From the NCBI GenBank assembly GCA_963559865.1, contig CAUWMC010000003.1, forward strand, positions 25,056 to 89,055: a DNA stretch of 64,000 bases, given 5' to 3'. Made by a program: the position numbers and the translations under genes. The DNA is from an uncultured Helicobacter sp. (lineage in GTDB: Bacteria; Campylobacterota; Campylobacteria; Campylobacterales; Helicobacteraceae). A model generated the notes under the pieces. The model did no database searches. It was not told the origin of the DNA and was given only the letters and a program-made list of their open reading frames with translations. This document shows, in pieces, positions 10,797 through 20,642 of this stretch (positions are counted from its first letter, which is position 1; the number at the start of each line of letters is the position of its first letter).

Positions 10797-11381
10797 ATGC
10801 AATATGACATTTCCAATCAAGCAAAGCTTCCAACGCGTTTTGGGGATTTTTTTACAATGAGTTTTCGTGAGTATCTAGTAGATTCTACAATACGAGAACA
10901 TCTTGTGGTTTTTACGCAACATCTTAGTGAAACTCCATTAGTGAGAATCCACTCCGAATGCCTAACCGGCGATGTTTTTGGCTCACAAAAATGCGATTGC
11001 GGTAATGAACTTGCCCTTGCGATGGAGAAAATCGCTCAAAGCGATGATGGCGGTATGCTTATTTATTTACGACAAGAAGGACGCGGGATAGGACTATTTA
11101 ATAAGATTAATGCTTACGCCCTGCAAGATAAGGGCTATGACACGGTGGAAGCAAATCAAAAGCTAGGCTTTGAGGGCGATATACGAAGCTATGAGATTGT
11201 AGGTGAGATTTTTAAGCATTTTAATATTACACAAATCAATCTCCTTACAAATAATCCACGCAAGATTCACGCCTTAGAGCCGTATGCAAAAGTTGTGCGA
11301 CATAGCATTATCACCCCTTGTAATCCGCACAATAAAGCCTATCTTGAAGTCAAAAAACAAAAGCTTGGGCATTTACTCTAA
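10797..11381 (+). CDS. ribA: GTP cyclohydrolase II
   Basis: [23 protein letters not shown] and LLTNNP motifs. Confidence 0.96.
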   Translation: MQYDISNQAKLPTRFGDFFTMSFREYLVDSTIREHLVVFTQHLSETPLVRIHSECLTGDVFGSQKCDCGNELALAMEKIAQSDDGGMLIYLRQEGRGIGLFNKINAYALQDKGYDTVEANQKLGFEGDIRSYEIVGEIFKHFNITQINLLTNNPRKIHALEPYAKVVRHSIITPCNPHNKAYLEVKKQKLGHLL

Positions 11382-11415
11382 GAGAGCTTAAAGATTCTAA
11401 TGCAAGGACACAAAA

Positions 11416-12657
11416 ATGGCAGATTTTCCTAAACTCATCAGCTACCAAGAAGCCATCAATATTTTAAATACCATTCCACTAGAGCCACTAGGCACGCAGC
11501 AGGTGCATTTTAAAAACGCCTTGAATAGAATCTTAGCTCAAGATATAAAAGCCCCTTGTAATGTCCCAGCCTACCCTACTGCGGCGATGGACGGCTATGC
11601 GATTATGTTTGAGGACTTAGAGCTACTTGCCACACAAGGACTAGCTATCCTCCCGCCAAATAAAGCTGGAAACCCCACGCGCCCCAATCTCACAAAAGCC
11701 CACGCGATAAAAACTTTCACCGGCTCTATAATGCCACTTAATGCCGATACACTTGTCATTGTAGAGCATATCACACTGAAAGATGACAGAATCTTTCTTA
11801 ACGCTCCCATAGATTCTATCCGTAAATCCCAGTGGATACGCCAAGTTGGCGATAACTATAAGGAAAATGAGATTTTACTCCATAAAGGCGATAAAATTGG
11901 TGCTTTTGAAGTAGGCTTGTTAGCAGAGCTTAATCAAAGCTTTGTGCAAGTGTATCAAAAGGCAAAAGTTGGAATCTTGTGTGTGGGCGATGAGATCATT
12001 GAAGTGGGGCAAGATAGCCCACATCAAAATGTCGTGCGGAGTGTCAATACACACCTTTTAGAATCTTTGCTTTTGCAAATGGGACAAGAGCCTATCATTT
12101 ATCCTATCACAAAAGATGATAAAACTCTTATCAAAGCAGCCTACACTCAAGCGTTAAAAGAGTGTGATATGCTACTTACCACCGGTGGTATGAGTATGGG
12201 AGATTATGACTATACACAAGAGGTAATGCAAGAATTAAGCCAGATTCACTTCAAAGGTGTGCGATTAAAACCGGGCAAACCTGTTGCATTCGGGAGTGCT
12301 AACAATACGCTTATTTTGGGCTTACCGGGCTTTCCAAATTCCTGTGCGGTAACTTTTTTACTCTTTGGCACAACTCTCCTTGCTCGTTTGCACAATAGAA
12401 TCCACAAGCCCCTATGCCTTGAAGCAACCCTGCTTGAAGAATGCAAACGCAGTGATTCTCGCCTAGAGTTTCGTGCTTGTGAAGTGTTTTCACACAATGG
12501 CAAATTAAGCATAAGTTTTGCAAGTAAAAAATCTATACAAAGCTCAATGGTGAATAATCTCACGCACAACACTGCCCTTGCAATTTTAGAAGAAAATGGC
12601 AGTGATTTACCCAAAGGTGCGATAGTGCAAGTGATGTTCCTTCATCATCTTGTGTAA
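11416..12657 (+). CDS. moeA: Molybdopterin molybdotransferase
   Basis: AAMDGYA, FTGSIMP, TTGGMSMGDYD, KPGKP and GLPGFP motifs. Confidence 0.94.
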   Translation: MADFPKLISYQEAINILNTIPLEPLGTQQVHFKNALNRILAQDIKAPCNVPAYPTAAMDGYAIMFEDLELLATQGLAILPPNKAGNPTRPNLTKAHAIKTFTGSIMPLNADTLVIVEHITLKDDRIFLNAPIDSIRKSQWIRQVGDNYKENEILLHKGDKIGAFEVGLLAELNQSFVQVYQKAKVGILCVGDEIIEVGQDSPHQNVVRSVNTHLLESLLLQMGQEPIIYPITKDDKTLIKAAYTQALKECDMLLTTGGMSMGDYDYTQEVMQELSQIHFKGVRLKPGKPVAFGSANNTLILGLPGFPNSCAVTFLLFGTTLLARLHNRIHKPLCLEATLLEECKRSDSRLEFRACEVFSHNGKLSISFASKKSIQSSMVNNLTHNTALAILEENGSDLPKGAIVQVMFLHHLV

Positions 12658-12684
12658 AATCTCAAGCAAAAGGAGTTTTTATTT

Positions 12685-12909
12685 ATGGTAAAAGTTGAAT
12701 TTTTAGGACCGATGAGCTATATCCCCTCTATGGAGCTAGAAGTAAGCACATTGCAGGAGTTAAAGGAAATTTTAGGCAAAGATTCTACTTTGCAGCAATG
12801 GCTTGAGATTAGTGCGGTGGCTGTTAATGATGAGATTGTTGAAAATCTCTCACACCCACTACATAATGGCGATAAGATAGCCTTACTCCCTCCTGTGTGT
12901 GGTGGATAA
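12685..12909 (+). CDS. moaD: Molybdopterin synthase sulfur carrier
   Basis: 74-aa ubiquitin-like protein ending LLPPVCGG. Confidence 0.93.
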   Translation: MVKVEFLGPMSYIPSMELEVSTLQELKEILGKDSTLQQWLEISAVAVNDEIVENLSHPLHNGDKIALLPPVCGG

Positions 12910-13517
12910 TGCTAAGTTTATATAACGGAGCATTGCCAACGGACAAGCTTTACACACAATGGGAAGCAATGGCTCAAAGTAAAAATTACGGAGCGGTGAG
13001 TATTTTTAGCGGTATCGTGCGAAGAGAGCAGAATCTAAAATCTCAAAACCCAAAAACGCCGACTGCGGAAATATCTTTAGATAATTTCAAGGGTTGTGTA
13101 GATTCTTGTGCGAGAAGCTACCTAAGCGGTAGTGCCGATGCACAAGAAGCAAACTCCCTTGAAATTGCTGAAAAGATGACGCAGATTCTAGATTCTAGTG
13201 ATATAGAAGCGCTGAGTTTTGATATTTATAAGCCACTGCTAGAAAAGTGGTTTAACTCGTGGCAAGAGAAAGCCCATAATGTGGGGGCTTATGTATGTAT
13301 GGCACATAGTATAGGTGATGTGCCTTGTGGCAAAAGCTCTTTTATGTGTGCTATTATCTCTTCACATCGCAAGGTTGCACTTGACTTGTATGCGGAGTTT
13401 GTAGAGGATTTTAAAGCCAATGCACCTATTTGGAAGTATGACATTATCAATGGGCAAAGAATCTACGCCAAAACGCGAAGCAAAGCCCTTAAAGGAAGTG
13501 GTATCTTATGCAGCTAG
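12909..13517 (+). CDS. moaE: Molybdopterin synthase catalytic subunit carrying a ~57-aa in-frame insertion
   Basis: FSGIVR...LSFDIY, HSIGDV, HRKVAL and KANAPIWK motifs. ATG 12909 overlaps the moaD stop. Confidence 0.9.
   Translation: MLSLYNGALPTDKLYTQWEAMAQSKNYGAVSIFSGIVRREQNLKSQNPKTPTAEISLDNFKGCVDSCARSYLSGSADAQEANSLEIAEKMTQILDSSDIEALSFDIYKPLLEKWFNSWQEKAHNVGAYVCMAHSIGDVPCGKSSFMCAIISSHRKVALDLYAEFVEDFKANAPIWKYDIINGQRIYAKTRSKALKGSGILCS
13029..13199. repeat. Palindromic (REP/MITE-like) element inserted in frame in moaE
   Basis: Nested inverted repeats: aatttcaaggg/cccttgaaatt, ttcttgtgc/gcacaagaa, ctacc/ggtag and ctgcg/cgcag. The ends are agaatcta and tagattct. Confidence 0.75.
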
Positions 13518-14065
13518 ATTCTAAGCCCATTATTTTTGCCTTTAGTGGAAGAAGCAATAGTGGCAAAACGACACTGATTTGCAAATTAAGTGAATATTTT
13601 AAAGCAAGGGGGGCAAAGGTAGCTATTTTCAAGCACGACCCAAAGGATAAGGCAGTCTTTGACACGCAGGGCAAAGATTCATATAAGTTTTTTCAAAGTG
13701 CTGATGCAGTAGCTCTTATCTCGCCTACACGCACTATTTTGCAAATAAAAAATGGCAATGGGAGTGAAGATTCTAAAAACCCTGCTGAAATGAGAGCATT
13801 TTATACATATATAGAGCTTTTTAAAGACTATGATTTTATCTTTATTGAGGGGTTAAAGACCCTGCCTTTTAAACGCATCGTTGTCGCACGAGAGAATATA
13901 GAATCTGATTATATCCCTTATGCGGACGCTTTTGCCATAGATGAGAGTGTGGGTAATGCTGAGATTCTGCCAAGCCATATTCCTAAGCTTACTCTCAATA
14001 ATACCGCACAAATTGCGGATTTCATTTTACAATCTACAACAAAGGATAACCAATGCAAACAATAA
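13508..14065 (+). CDS. mobB: Molybdopterin-guanine dinucleotide biosynthesis protein B
   Basis: FSGRSNSGKTTLI P-loop, IFKHDPK and FIEGLK motifs. Confidence 0.9.
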   Translation: MQLDSKPIIFAFSGRSNSGKTTLICKLSEYFKARGAKVAIFKHDPKDKAVFDTQGKDSYKFFQSADAVALISPTRTILQIKNGNGSEDSKNPAEMRAFYTYIELFKDYDFIFIEGLKTLPFKRIVVARENIESDYIPYADAFAIDESVGNAEILPSHIPKLTLNNTAQIADFILQSTTKDNQCKQ

Positions 14066-14583
14066 AAATCGGTGTGCTTGTCTCAAGCGATAGAGCCTCT
14101 CAAGGAATCTATGAAGATGAATCTGGCAAGGCAATACAAGAAATATTAGAGAGTTTTATTCTCAATCCTTGCGAGTATCATTATCATATTATCGCCGATG
14201 AGCAAAGACTTATAGAATCTTATCTCAAAGATTTGAGCGATAAACAAGGCTGTGATCTCATCATCACCACAGGTGGCACAGGACCGGCAAAGCGAGATGT
14301 AACACCCGAAGCCACGCAATCTGTGTGCCAAAAAATGCTTCCCGGATTTGGAGAGCTTATGCGGAGCGTGAGTTTAAAATATGTCCCCACGGCGATTTTA
14401 TCACGCCAAAGTGCGGGGATTCGCGGAAAATCTTTGATTATCAATCTCCCGGGCAAACCAAAAAGTATTAAAGAATGCCTTGAGGCTGTATTCCCCGCTG
14501 TGCCTTATTGTCTTGATTTAATTGAGGCAGGATATATTCACGCAAATGCTGAACATATCACTATATTCCGCCCAAAAGCCTAA
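14053..14583 (+). CDS. mog: Molybdopterin adenylyltransferase
   Basis: [23 protein letters not shown] and NLPGKP motifs. Confidence 0.94.
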   Translation: MQTIKIGVLVSSDRASQGIYEDESGKAIQEILESFILNPCEYHYHIIADEQRLIESYLKDLSDKQGCDLIITTGGTGPAKRDVTPEATQSVCQKMLPGFGELMRSVSLKYVPTAILSRQSAGIRGKSLIINLPGKPKSIKECLEAVFPAVPYCLDLIEAGYIHANAEHITIFRPKA

Positions 14584-14597
14584 ATAAAAGGAATCCT

Positions 14598-15068
14598 ATG
14601 CAGCTCACACATTTAAATGAACACAACAACCCCACAATGGTAGATGTCAGCCCAAAGGAGATAAGCCATAGAGAAGCTTATGCAAGTGGCATTATCACTA
14701 TGAGCAAAGAAGCCTTTGAAGCAGCTATCAATCATACAGGTAAAAAAGGAGCTATCACGCAAACTGCCATTATTGCCGCTATTATGGGTAGTAAAAAAAC
14801 AAGTGAGCTTATCCCTATGTGTCATCCGCTTATGCTCAACAAAGTTGATGTTGATATTACACCAAATTCTAGCTCCTGCTCCATTAAGCTTGGTGTGCGT
14901 GTGAAATGTGAGGGTAAAACAGGCGTGGAAATGGAAGCACTCACCGGCGTAAGCATAGGGCTTTTAACCATCTATGATATGCTTAAAGCCATTGATAAAG
15001 CTATGAGTATGAGTGAGATTCAGCTTGAATCTAAAAGTGGCGGCAAAAGTGGTGATTTTCATAGATAG
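14598..15068 (+). CDS. moaC: Cyclic pyranopterin monophosphate synthase
   Basis: LTHL, MVDVS, LIPMCHP, GVEMEAL and KSGGKSG motifs. Confidence 0.95.
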   Translation: MQLTHLNEHNNPTMVDVSPKEISHREAYASGIITMSKEAFEAAINHTGKKGAITQTAIIAAIMGSKKTSELIPMCHPLMLNKVDVDITPNSSSCSIKLGVRVKCEGKTGVEMEALTGVSIGLLTIYDMLKAIDKAMSMSEIQLESKSGGKSGDFHR

Positions 15069-15083
15069 AGCTAGGAGAAAAGT

Positions 15084-16427
15084 ATGAATCTTACCCTAAG
15101 TGTTGGGGTTATTAGTCTGTGTATGTGCTTTGGCTTTTATATATGGCATACACGCCGTATAAGAAAACTAGAATCTTCACACAATATTGTGCTTGAGCAG
15201 TATAAGGAGCGATTATCACAACAAAATATCGCCCTTCAAAAAGCACAAAATGAGCAAGAAATTTTACAATCCCAAATGACACAGCGACTACAAGATATGC
15301 ACCAAATGCACCAAAATGCCCTGCTTGAAGAGAAAGCACATTCTCAAGCAATGCTTCAAAACCTAAAAGAGCAGTTTATCTATGCAAAAAACGAGCAGGA
15401 AAGACTAAAAGAGCAGAATAAACAAGAATTACAAAATGCCTTTAAAGCTTTAAGTGCCGATATTTTGGCTCAAAATACACAAAGCTTTAATCAAAATCAA
15501 ATGCTTTCTCTCCAGCCATTGCGTGATGAGATTCAACGCTTTACAAAACAACTTTCACTTAATCACGAAACAAATCTCAAACAACACACAAGCCTAGAAA
15601 CGCAGATTCACCAGCTCCATAAGCTGAATCTTCAGCTCTCAACCGATGCACATAACCTTACAAATGCCCTCAAAGGTGAGAATAAAATACAAGGCAATTG
15701 GGGAGAGGTGATTCTTCAAAGGGTGCTGGAAAATAGCGGATTGCAGCAGGGGCGGGAATATGAGATTCAGCAAACTTTGTATGATGATAGCTCCAACTTA
15801 CTGCGTCCAGATGCGATTATCAAGCTCCCTAAACACAATGAGCAGGAGCGGTGCGTTGTAATAGATTCAAAAACTTCGCTTATAGCCTATGAACGATTAT
15901 GTAATGCAGAAAATGAGGAGGATAAGATTCTAGCGAGAAAAGAATTAGCCCTTTCTATCCAAAGCCATATCAATGCCTTAAGCGGAAAGAATTACCAACA
16001 ATATTTGCAGGGGCAAAAGCTTGATTTTGTGCTGATGTTTGTGCCAATTGAAGGGGCATTTCTAGAAGCTATGCAATATGATATGAGCCTGTATGATAAG
16101 GCGTATCAAAAAGGTGTGGTGCTTGTCTCGCCTACAACCATTATGGCGGTGCTACGCATTATCCATAATTTGTGGCAGTTTGAACATCGTAATAAAAATG
16201 TTGATAAAATCTTTAATGAGATTCAAAAGCTTTTTGTTTATATTGATCGGTTTGAAAATACACTTGATAAACTAGGCAAAAACATCAACACTTTACAAAA
16301 AACTTTCACTGATGATGTGATGGTAAAATACAATGGAACGCAAGGTATTGCCAATAAAAGCGAGAATATCCAAAAACTCCTCAAAGGCGCAGGTGTGGAT
16401 ATGATAGATCAAGACACCTTACCCTAG
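15084..16427 (+). CDS. rmuC: DNA recombination protein RmuC
   Basis: N-terminal transmembrane segment, coiled coil, QGNWGE, RPD, IDSK, FVPIEG and SPTT motifs. Confidence 0.92.
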   Translation: MNLTLSVGVISLCMCFGFYIWHTRRIRKLESSHNIVLEQYKERLSQQNIALQKAQNEQEILQSQMTQRLQDMHQMHQNALLEEKAHSQAMLQNLKEQFIYAKNEQERLKEQNKQELQNAFKALSADILAQNTQSFNQNQMLSLQPLRDEIQRFTKQLSLNHETNLKQHTSLETQIHQLHKLNLQLSTDAHNLTNALKGENKIQGNWGEVILQRVLENSGLQQGREYEIQQTLYDDSSNLLRPDAIIKLPKHNEQERCVVIDSKTSLIAYERLCNAENEEDKILARKELALSIQSHINALSGKNYQQYLQGQKLDFVLMFVPIEGAFLEAMQYDMSLYDKAYQKGVVLVSPTTIMAVLRIIHNLWQFEHRNKNVDKIFNEIQKLFVYIDRFENTLDKLGKNINTLQKTFTDDVMVKYNGTQGIANKSENIQKLLKGAGVDMIDQDTLP

Positions 16428-16465
16428 AATTGTTGTTTTAGGGTATTCATATTTGCTTGACAAGT

Positions 16466-16496
16466 CCCATTAATGTGATTTTCCTGCATTAATGGG
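16466..16496. terminator. Probable bidirectional intrinsic terminator
   Basis: Perfect 10-bp stem cccattaatg/cattaatggg between convergent genes. Confidence 0.6.
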
Positions 16497-16509
16497 TAAA
16501 TATTACATC

Positions 16510-17205
16510 TTAGTTTTCAATAATATAAGGCACGGATCGCACACCTGTATCAGCTACGGCTTGTGTTAGCTCTTGGGCTGCTTTTGTATCCATACTTTGA
16601 GCCTTGCTTTTTGGCTCATAAAGTTTAGCCAACATTGCGATATCCTTGGCTTGATTTCCACTCTTGTTTTTGAGTGCATTAGCAGCCTTCAGCATAGAAT
16701 CTTCACCCAAAAATCCAACGACTAAAAGTTCCACATTGGCATCTTCTAGGCGTTTATCAAGGTTTGCAAACTCCTTTTGGCAATAAGGACAATTTGCATC
16801 AGAGACAACATAAATCGTCTTAGCCCCATTCTTTTTGGACTTAAAGTGAAAAACATTAGCACTTTGTTTTTTGAACACTTCTTGCAGTTTAATATTAATC
16901 TTTGCTTTTTCTTTTTCATAAACATCTTTATAGAATCCCTGAATCTTAGACTGCACTGACCTATCTTGTATCAGCAACGCATCGGGTTGGAAGATAAATC
17001 TACCATCATTTGTTGCTAAAAATGGCACTTGTTGATTATTAACATCAATCACCACCATACTTAGCCCACTTCCCAAATCACTGCTTGAGATAATATTCCC
17101 CTGCACATTATTAGCCTGTAAAGTCTTTTGGAGTTCAGCCTTATCCGCTGCTCCATATGCTACACTTAAAGCACACAATACGCTTAAAGCAAATTTTGTT
17201 TTCAT
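16510..17205 (-). CDS. Periplasmic DsbG/DsbC-like thiol:disulfide oxidoreductase (HP0231-like)
   Basis: Signal peptide, SDANCPYC (CXXC) and VP cis-proline motif near the C-terminus. Confidence 0.85.
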   Translation of the reverse strand: MKTKFALSVLCALSVAYGAADKAELQKTLQANNVQGNIISSSDLGSGLSMVVIDVNNQQVPFLATNDGRFIFQPDALLIQDRSVQSKIQGFYKDVYEKEKAKINIKLQEVFKKQSANVFHFKSKKNGAKTIYVVSDANCPYCQKEFANLDKRLEDANVELLVVGFLGEDSMLKAANALKNKSGNQAKDIAMLAKLYEPKSKAQSMDTKAAQELTQAVADTGVRSVPYIIEN

Positions 17206-17266
17206 ACTGCTCCTTTTGTTTTTTAAGAGACATTATAACGATGATAGTGTAATAATTTAGAATCTT

Positions 17267-19048
17267 TTAAGTCTCTGGTATCTCTTGTGGGGATTCAATA
17301 GGTTTAAGATAGCCCTCCTCAAGCAAAAGCTCCACAATGTGCTTAAAAATTGGAGCGGCTGTTTTGCTACCATAATAATCATCTTTTATATCAGATTCAA
17401 AGGCTACAACGCCTATTGTGTAGGAGCGTGTCTCATCTTGTGCAAATCCAAAAAATGAGCCATTATACTTTGTGTCATACTTACCACCACTTGCAATTCT
17501 AGCTGTGCCTGTCTTGCCCCCCGTGATAACGCCATCAACCTGTGCGACTTTAATCACTCTCTGCACAACTTGGATAAGTGTATCATACACCTGCTGCACG
17601 ACATCTGGAGATAAAATTGCGATTGGTTCAAGCTGTTTTGGGATATATTTTTCCCCACTTGGAGAAGTTACATACTCGCTCACACGAGGTGTTATGAGAT
17701 ACCCTCCATTGCTAAAAATTGCATAAGAACGCAAAAGCTGTATAAAAGTGGCTCTCATACCATAGCCATAACTCACACTCGCACGATACACTTCATTATT
17801 AAAAGTCTTTGGACTTGGCACTAAGCCTGTTTTTTCATAAGGCAAGTCAATGCCACTTAGCTCACCAAAACCAAAAGCGTGTAAGGCTGTGTGATATTCT
17901 TTTGGATTGAGATTTTGAGAGATTTTTACCATTCCTATATTGCTTGAACGCACAATAATATCCTCCACACTCGCACTTTTTAGCGGGTGAGTATCACGGA
18001 TCGTGTAGCTTTTAAGCTTATAGTAGCCATCATTAAGTTCAATCACATCGCTTGGCTTGACCATACCCTTTTGCAACAAAATCGCATAGATAATTGGCTT
18101 AATCGTGCTGCCGGGTTCATAAGAATACTCAATAGCATTAAGATTCAAATTTGGATAATCTTTTTGCTGAATACTCTTAGGATCAAAGCGGTTAGAAGTC
18201 GCTAAAGCTAGAATCTTGCCTGTTTTAGAATCCATAACTCCAGCGATAATTTCACGCACTTTATAACGCTTTTTCGCCTCATCAAGCGTGAGTTCAATTT
18301 TTCTTTGTAGGCTTAGTGGTATGCTTAAAGTAATATCAAAGCCATCTTGACGACTTTGGATATTTGCTTCCTTATTGGCGATGATATTAAAGCCCACATC
18401 GCGTTTGCCTGTAATTCTACCATCTTGCTTGGCTGAAAGAATGTCATTATAATACTTTTCCACGCCTTTGACACCATCAACACGCGTGATATTTTGGCTT
18501 TCAATCTTGCGTGTATAGCCAATAAGCGGCTCTAGGATATTCTTATAGGTGTAGATTCTATTGTTACCGCTCACTTCAATGCTAAGACCCATTTTTTGAA
18601 TCACCCGACCTTTTTTATCCTCATACTCGCGGAATACATCATAGCGAATAAGAATGAGATTAAGATTCTTAAGGTGGGTGGCGATTGTTGAATTAAGCGT
18701 GTAGGATAAAACAACATAACCTTTTTGATTAACTTTTTTAGCTATCTCATCTTTTGGAATCCCACTATATACGGAAAAAAGCGTGATAAAAAGCTCTTTT
18801 TTATCTGGATCTATACTTTGAGTATTTACACTTGCTTTATACAGCTTATCACTATATGCAACCTCAAATCCATCACTTGTATAAAGACTGCCACGGACTG
18901 AAGTATCGCTCTTTGTGGCACTAAGCGTGGGGAGTTTTCTAGGAGTTACTATTTTGACATACGCGATACTTAAAAAAACAAAAAAACATAAAATAATCAA
19001 GAAAAAAACAGATATGACAACACCTGTTTTTTTGGGATAATACGCCAC
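17267..19048 (-). CDS. ftsI: Cell-division transpeptidase PBP3
   Basis: EPGSTIK (SxxK), SSN and GKTGT motifs; N-terminal transmembrane segment; follows fliE as in H. pylori. Confidence 0.9.
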   Translation of the reverse strand: MAYYPKKTGVVISVFFLIILCFFVFLSIAYVKIVTPRKLPTLSATKSDTSVRGSLYTSDGFEVAYSDKLYKASVNTQSIDPDKKELFITLFSVYSGIPKDEIAKKVNQKGYVVLSYTLNSTIATHLKNLNLILIRYDVFREYEDKKGRVIQKMGLSIEVSGNNRIYTYKNILEPLIGYTRKIESQNITRVDGVKGVEKYYNDILSAKQDGRITGKRDVGFNIIANKEANIQSRQDGFDITLSIPLSLQRKIELTLDEAKKRYKVREIIAGVMDSKTGKILALATSNRFDPKSIQQKDYPNLNLNAIEYSYEPGSTIKPIIYAILLQKGMVKPSDVIELNDGYYKLKSYTIRDTHPLKSASVEDIIVRSSNIGMVKISQNLNPKEYHTALHAFGFGELSGIDLPYEKTGLVPSPKTFNNEVYRASVSYGYGMRATFIQLLRSYAIFSNGGYLITPRVSEYVTSPSGEKYIPKQLEPIAILSPDVVQQVYDTLIQVVQRVIKVAQVDGVITGGKTGTARIASGGKYDTKYNGSFFGFAQDETRSYTIGVVAFESDIKDDYYGSKTAAPIFKHIVELLLEEGYLKPIESPQEIPET

Positions 19049-19056
19049 AAATACCC

Positions 19057-19362
19057 TTAGATTTGAGTTCTTAGGATTTCTTTATACGCATTAATGGCTT
19101 TGTTTCTTACCTCAAGCATTACTTTCATACTATTTTCTGCACGATTAATTGCAATAGCAGCTTGATGCAAATCTTTCACCTGCCCACTTGCCATATCAGC
19201 AAGAGCCTTTTCTGAAGTTTGCTGCTCGGCATTCACTTCTTGGATAGAATTTTTAAGCGTATTGATAAAATCAAGCCCATCTTGCCTATTTTGTGTATTT
19301 TCCACTTTTTTAGTGCCGATAGGCTGAACATTGTTTGTAATCACACCAAATTGATTAGCCAT
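19057..19362 (-). CDS. fliE: Flagellar hook-basal body protein FliE
   Basis: DLHQAAIA and EVRNKAINAYKEILRTQI motifs. Confidence 0.94.
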   Translation of the reverse strand: MANQFGVITNNVQPIGTKKVENTQNRQDGLDFINTLKNSIQEVNAEQQTSEKALADMASGQVKDLHQAAIAINRAENSMKVMLEVRNKAINAYKEILRTQI

Positions 19363-19371
19363 TTATCTCTC

Positions 19372-19863
19372 CTATGCTTGAAACATTGTAATAGCGTTAC
19401 TTGCCATATTTTTTGCACTTTGAAACGCTGCAACATTCGCTTGATATGCACGAGTTGCCTCTATTAAATCGGCCATTTCCACAACAGGATTAACATTAGG
19501 ATATGCGACATAACCTTCAGAGTTCGCATCTGGGTGGCTTGGGTCGTATTTCATAAGTGGTTCCCTATCATCGCGTGCAATCTTTTGAATATAAACGCTC
19601 ATTATAGCAGGTTTTGGTTCTTTTCCCAAATCTCCCTCATTGAGTGGGTCTTCATACTTAAGCTGTTGGTTATTTTTTCCTAATTTTTCATTTAATACTT
19701 TATTAAAATCAAATGCACGAAACACCACTTCTCTCCTGCGGTATGGTCCGCCCTCATCAGTGCGTGTGGTATTAGCATTTGCAATATTTGATGAGATTGT
19801 ATTAACACGCACCCTTTGAGCTGAAAGCCCATAGCCACTTATGTCAAAACTTGATAAAAACAT
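19372..19863 (-). CDS. flgC: Flagellar basal-body rod protein FlgC
   Basis: NIANANTTRT, GPYRRR, YDPSHPDA and PNVNPVVEM motifs. Confidence 0.96.
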   Translation of the reverse strand: MFLSSFDISGYGLSAQRVRVNTISSNIANANTTRTDEGGPYRRREVVFRAFDFNKVLNEKLGKNNQQLKYEDPLNEGDLGKEPKPAIMSVYIQKIARDDREPLMKYDPSHPDANSEGYVAYPNVNPVVEMADLIEATRAYQANVAAFQSAKNMASNAITMFQA

Positions 19864-19881
19864 CTCTACTCCTTAACCTAC

Positions 19882-20316
19882 TTAAATATTTCTTCCAGAA
19901 TCCATAGCATAGGCAAAAATTCCCTTGTGTCGTTTCAATGCACTTGTAAGAGCCTGATACATTGTGCTATTCTTGCCCATTTCACTTGTCTCTACATCTA
20001 AATCCACGCTATTGCCATCATTTTTTGCCAAATGTCCATCACGCCAAAACATAGTTGCACTATCTTTGACATTGCGTCTGCTATCAAGATGACCCTTGGC
20101 AGTTTTAGCAATATCAAGCTTGTAGCTTCGCTCCCCTGTGCCGAAAAGACGCTTATTCTCACGAGCAAGATACTGCTCAAAATTCACATCTTTTGGGCGA
20201 TAAAAAGGCGTATCAACATTGGCAATATTTGAAGCAATCATATCTTGCCTGATTGAACGATAATCAAGTGCCTTATACACGACAGAATAAGCTTTAGAAA
20301 TATCTGCAATGGCCAT
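19882..20316 (-). CDS. flgB: Flagellar basal-body rod protein FlgB
   Basis: SNIANVDTPFYRPKD and DGNSVDLDVE motifs. Confidence 0.95.
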   Translation of the reverse strand: MAIADISKAYSVVYKALDYRSIRQDMIASNIANVDTPFYRPKDVNFEQYLARENKRLFGTGERSYKLDIAKTAKGHLDSRRNVKDSATMFWRDGHLAKNDGNSVDLDVETSEMGKNSTMYQALTSALKRHKGIFAYAMDSGRNI

Positions 20317-20365
20317 CTTAACCCCTTTTTTACCTCGTAGTTTCTAGTTTATAACTCCAAAAAAT

Positions 20366-20383
20366 AAGCAAAATATATTCCAA
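20366..20383 (-). promoter_or_regulatory. Sigma54 (RpoN) promoter of flgB
   Basis: TTGGAATATATTTTGCTT on the minus strand gives exact -24 GG / -12 GC spacing, about 50 bp upstream of flgB. Confidence 0.85.
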
Positions 20384-20642
20384 ATTATACATTCTTTCTA
20401 TTACAAATCTTAAGAGTCTTGACATTTCTATTTAGTAACCTTGCGGCTCAAATTTTATTAATCAATATCTCAACTCACTAGCAACGATTCTAAACTTAAT
20501 TTATCTTTGCTTATCTCCATTTACTTGATAAGACAATCTAGTAATAAGCAAAAATTACTAAAAAATCAAAATTACAATATGTAGTTTAACTTTTTGTGTT
20601 AGTATTTCGCTTTACAAAAAATTCAAATTACAAGGTGAGTTT

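Noticed and set aside
20317-20642. Possible SAM riboswitch before metK and a second sigma54 site near 20545
   Set aside because: The region is very AT-rich with no SAM aptamer core, and the second TTTTGCTT lacks the -24 GG.
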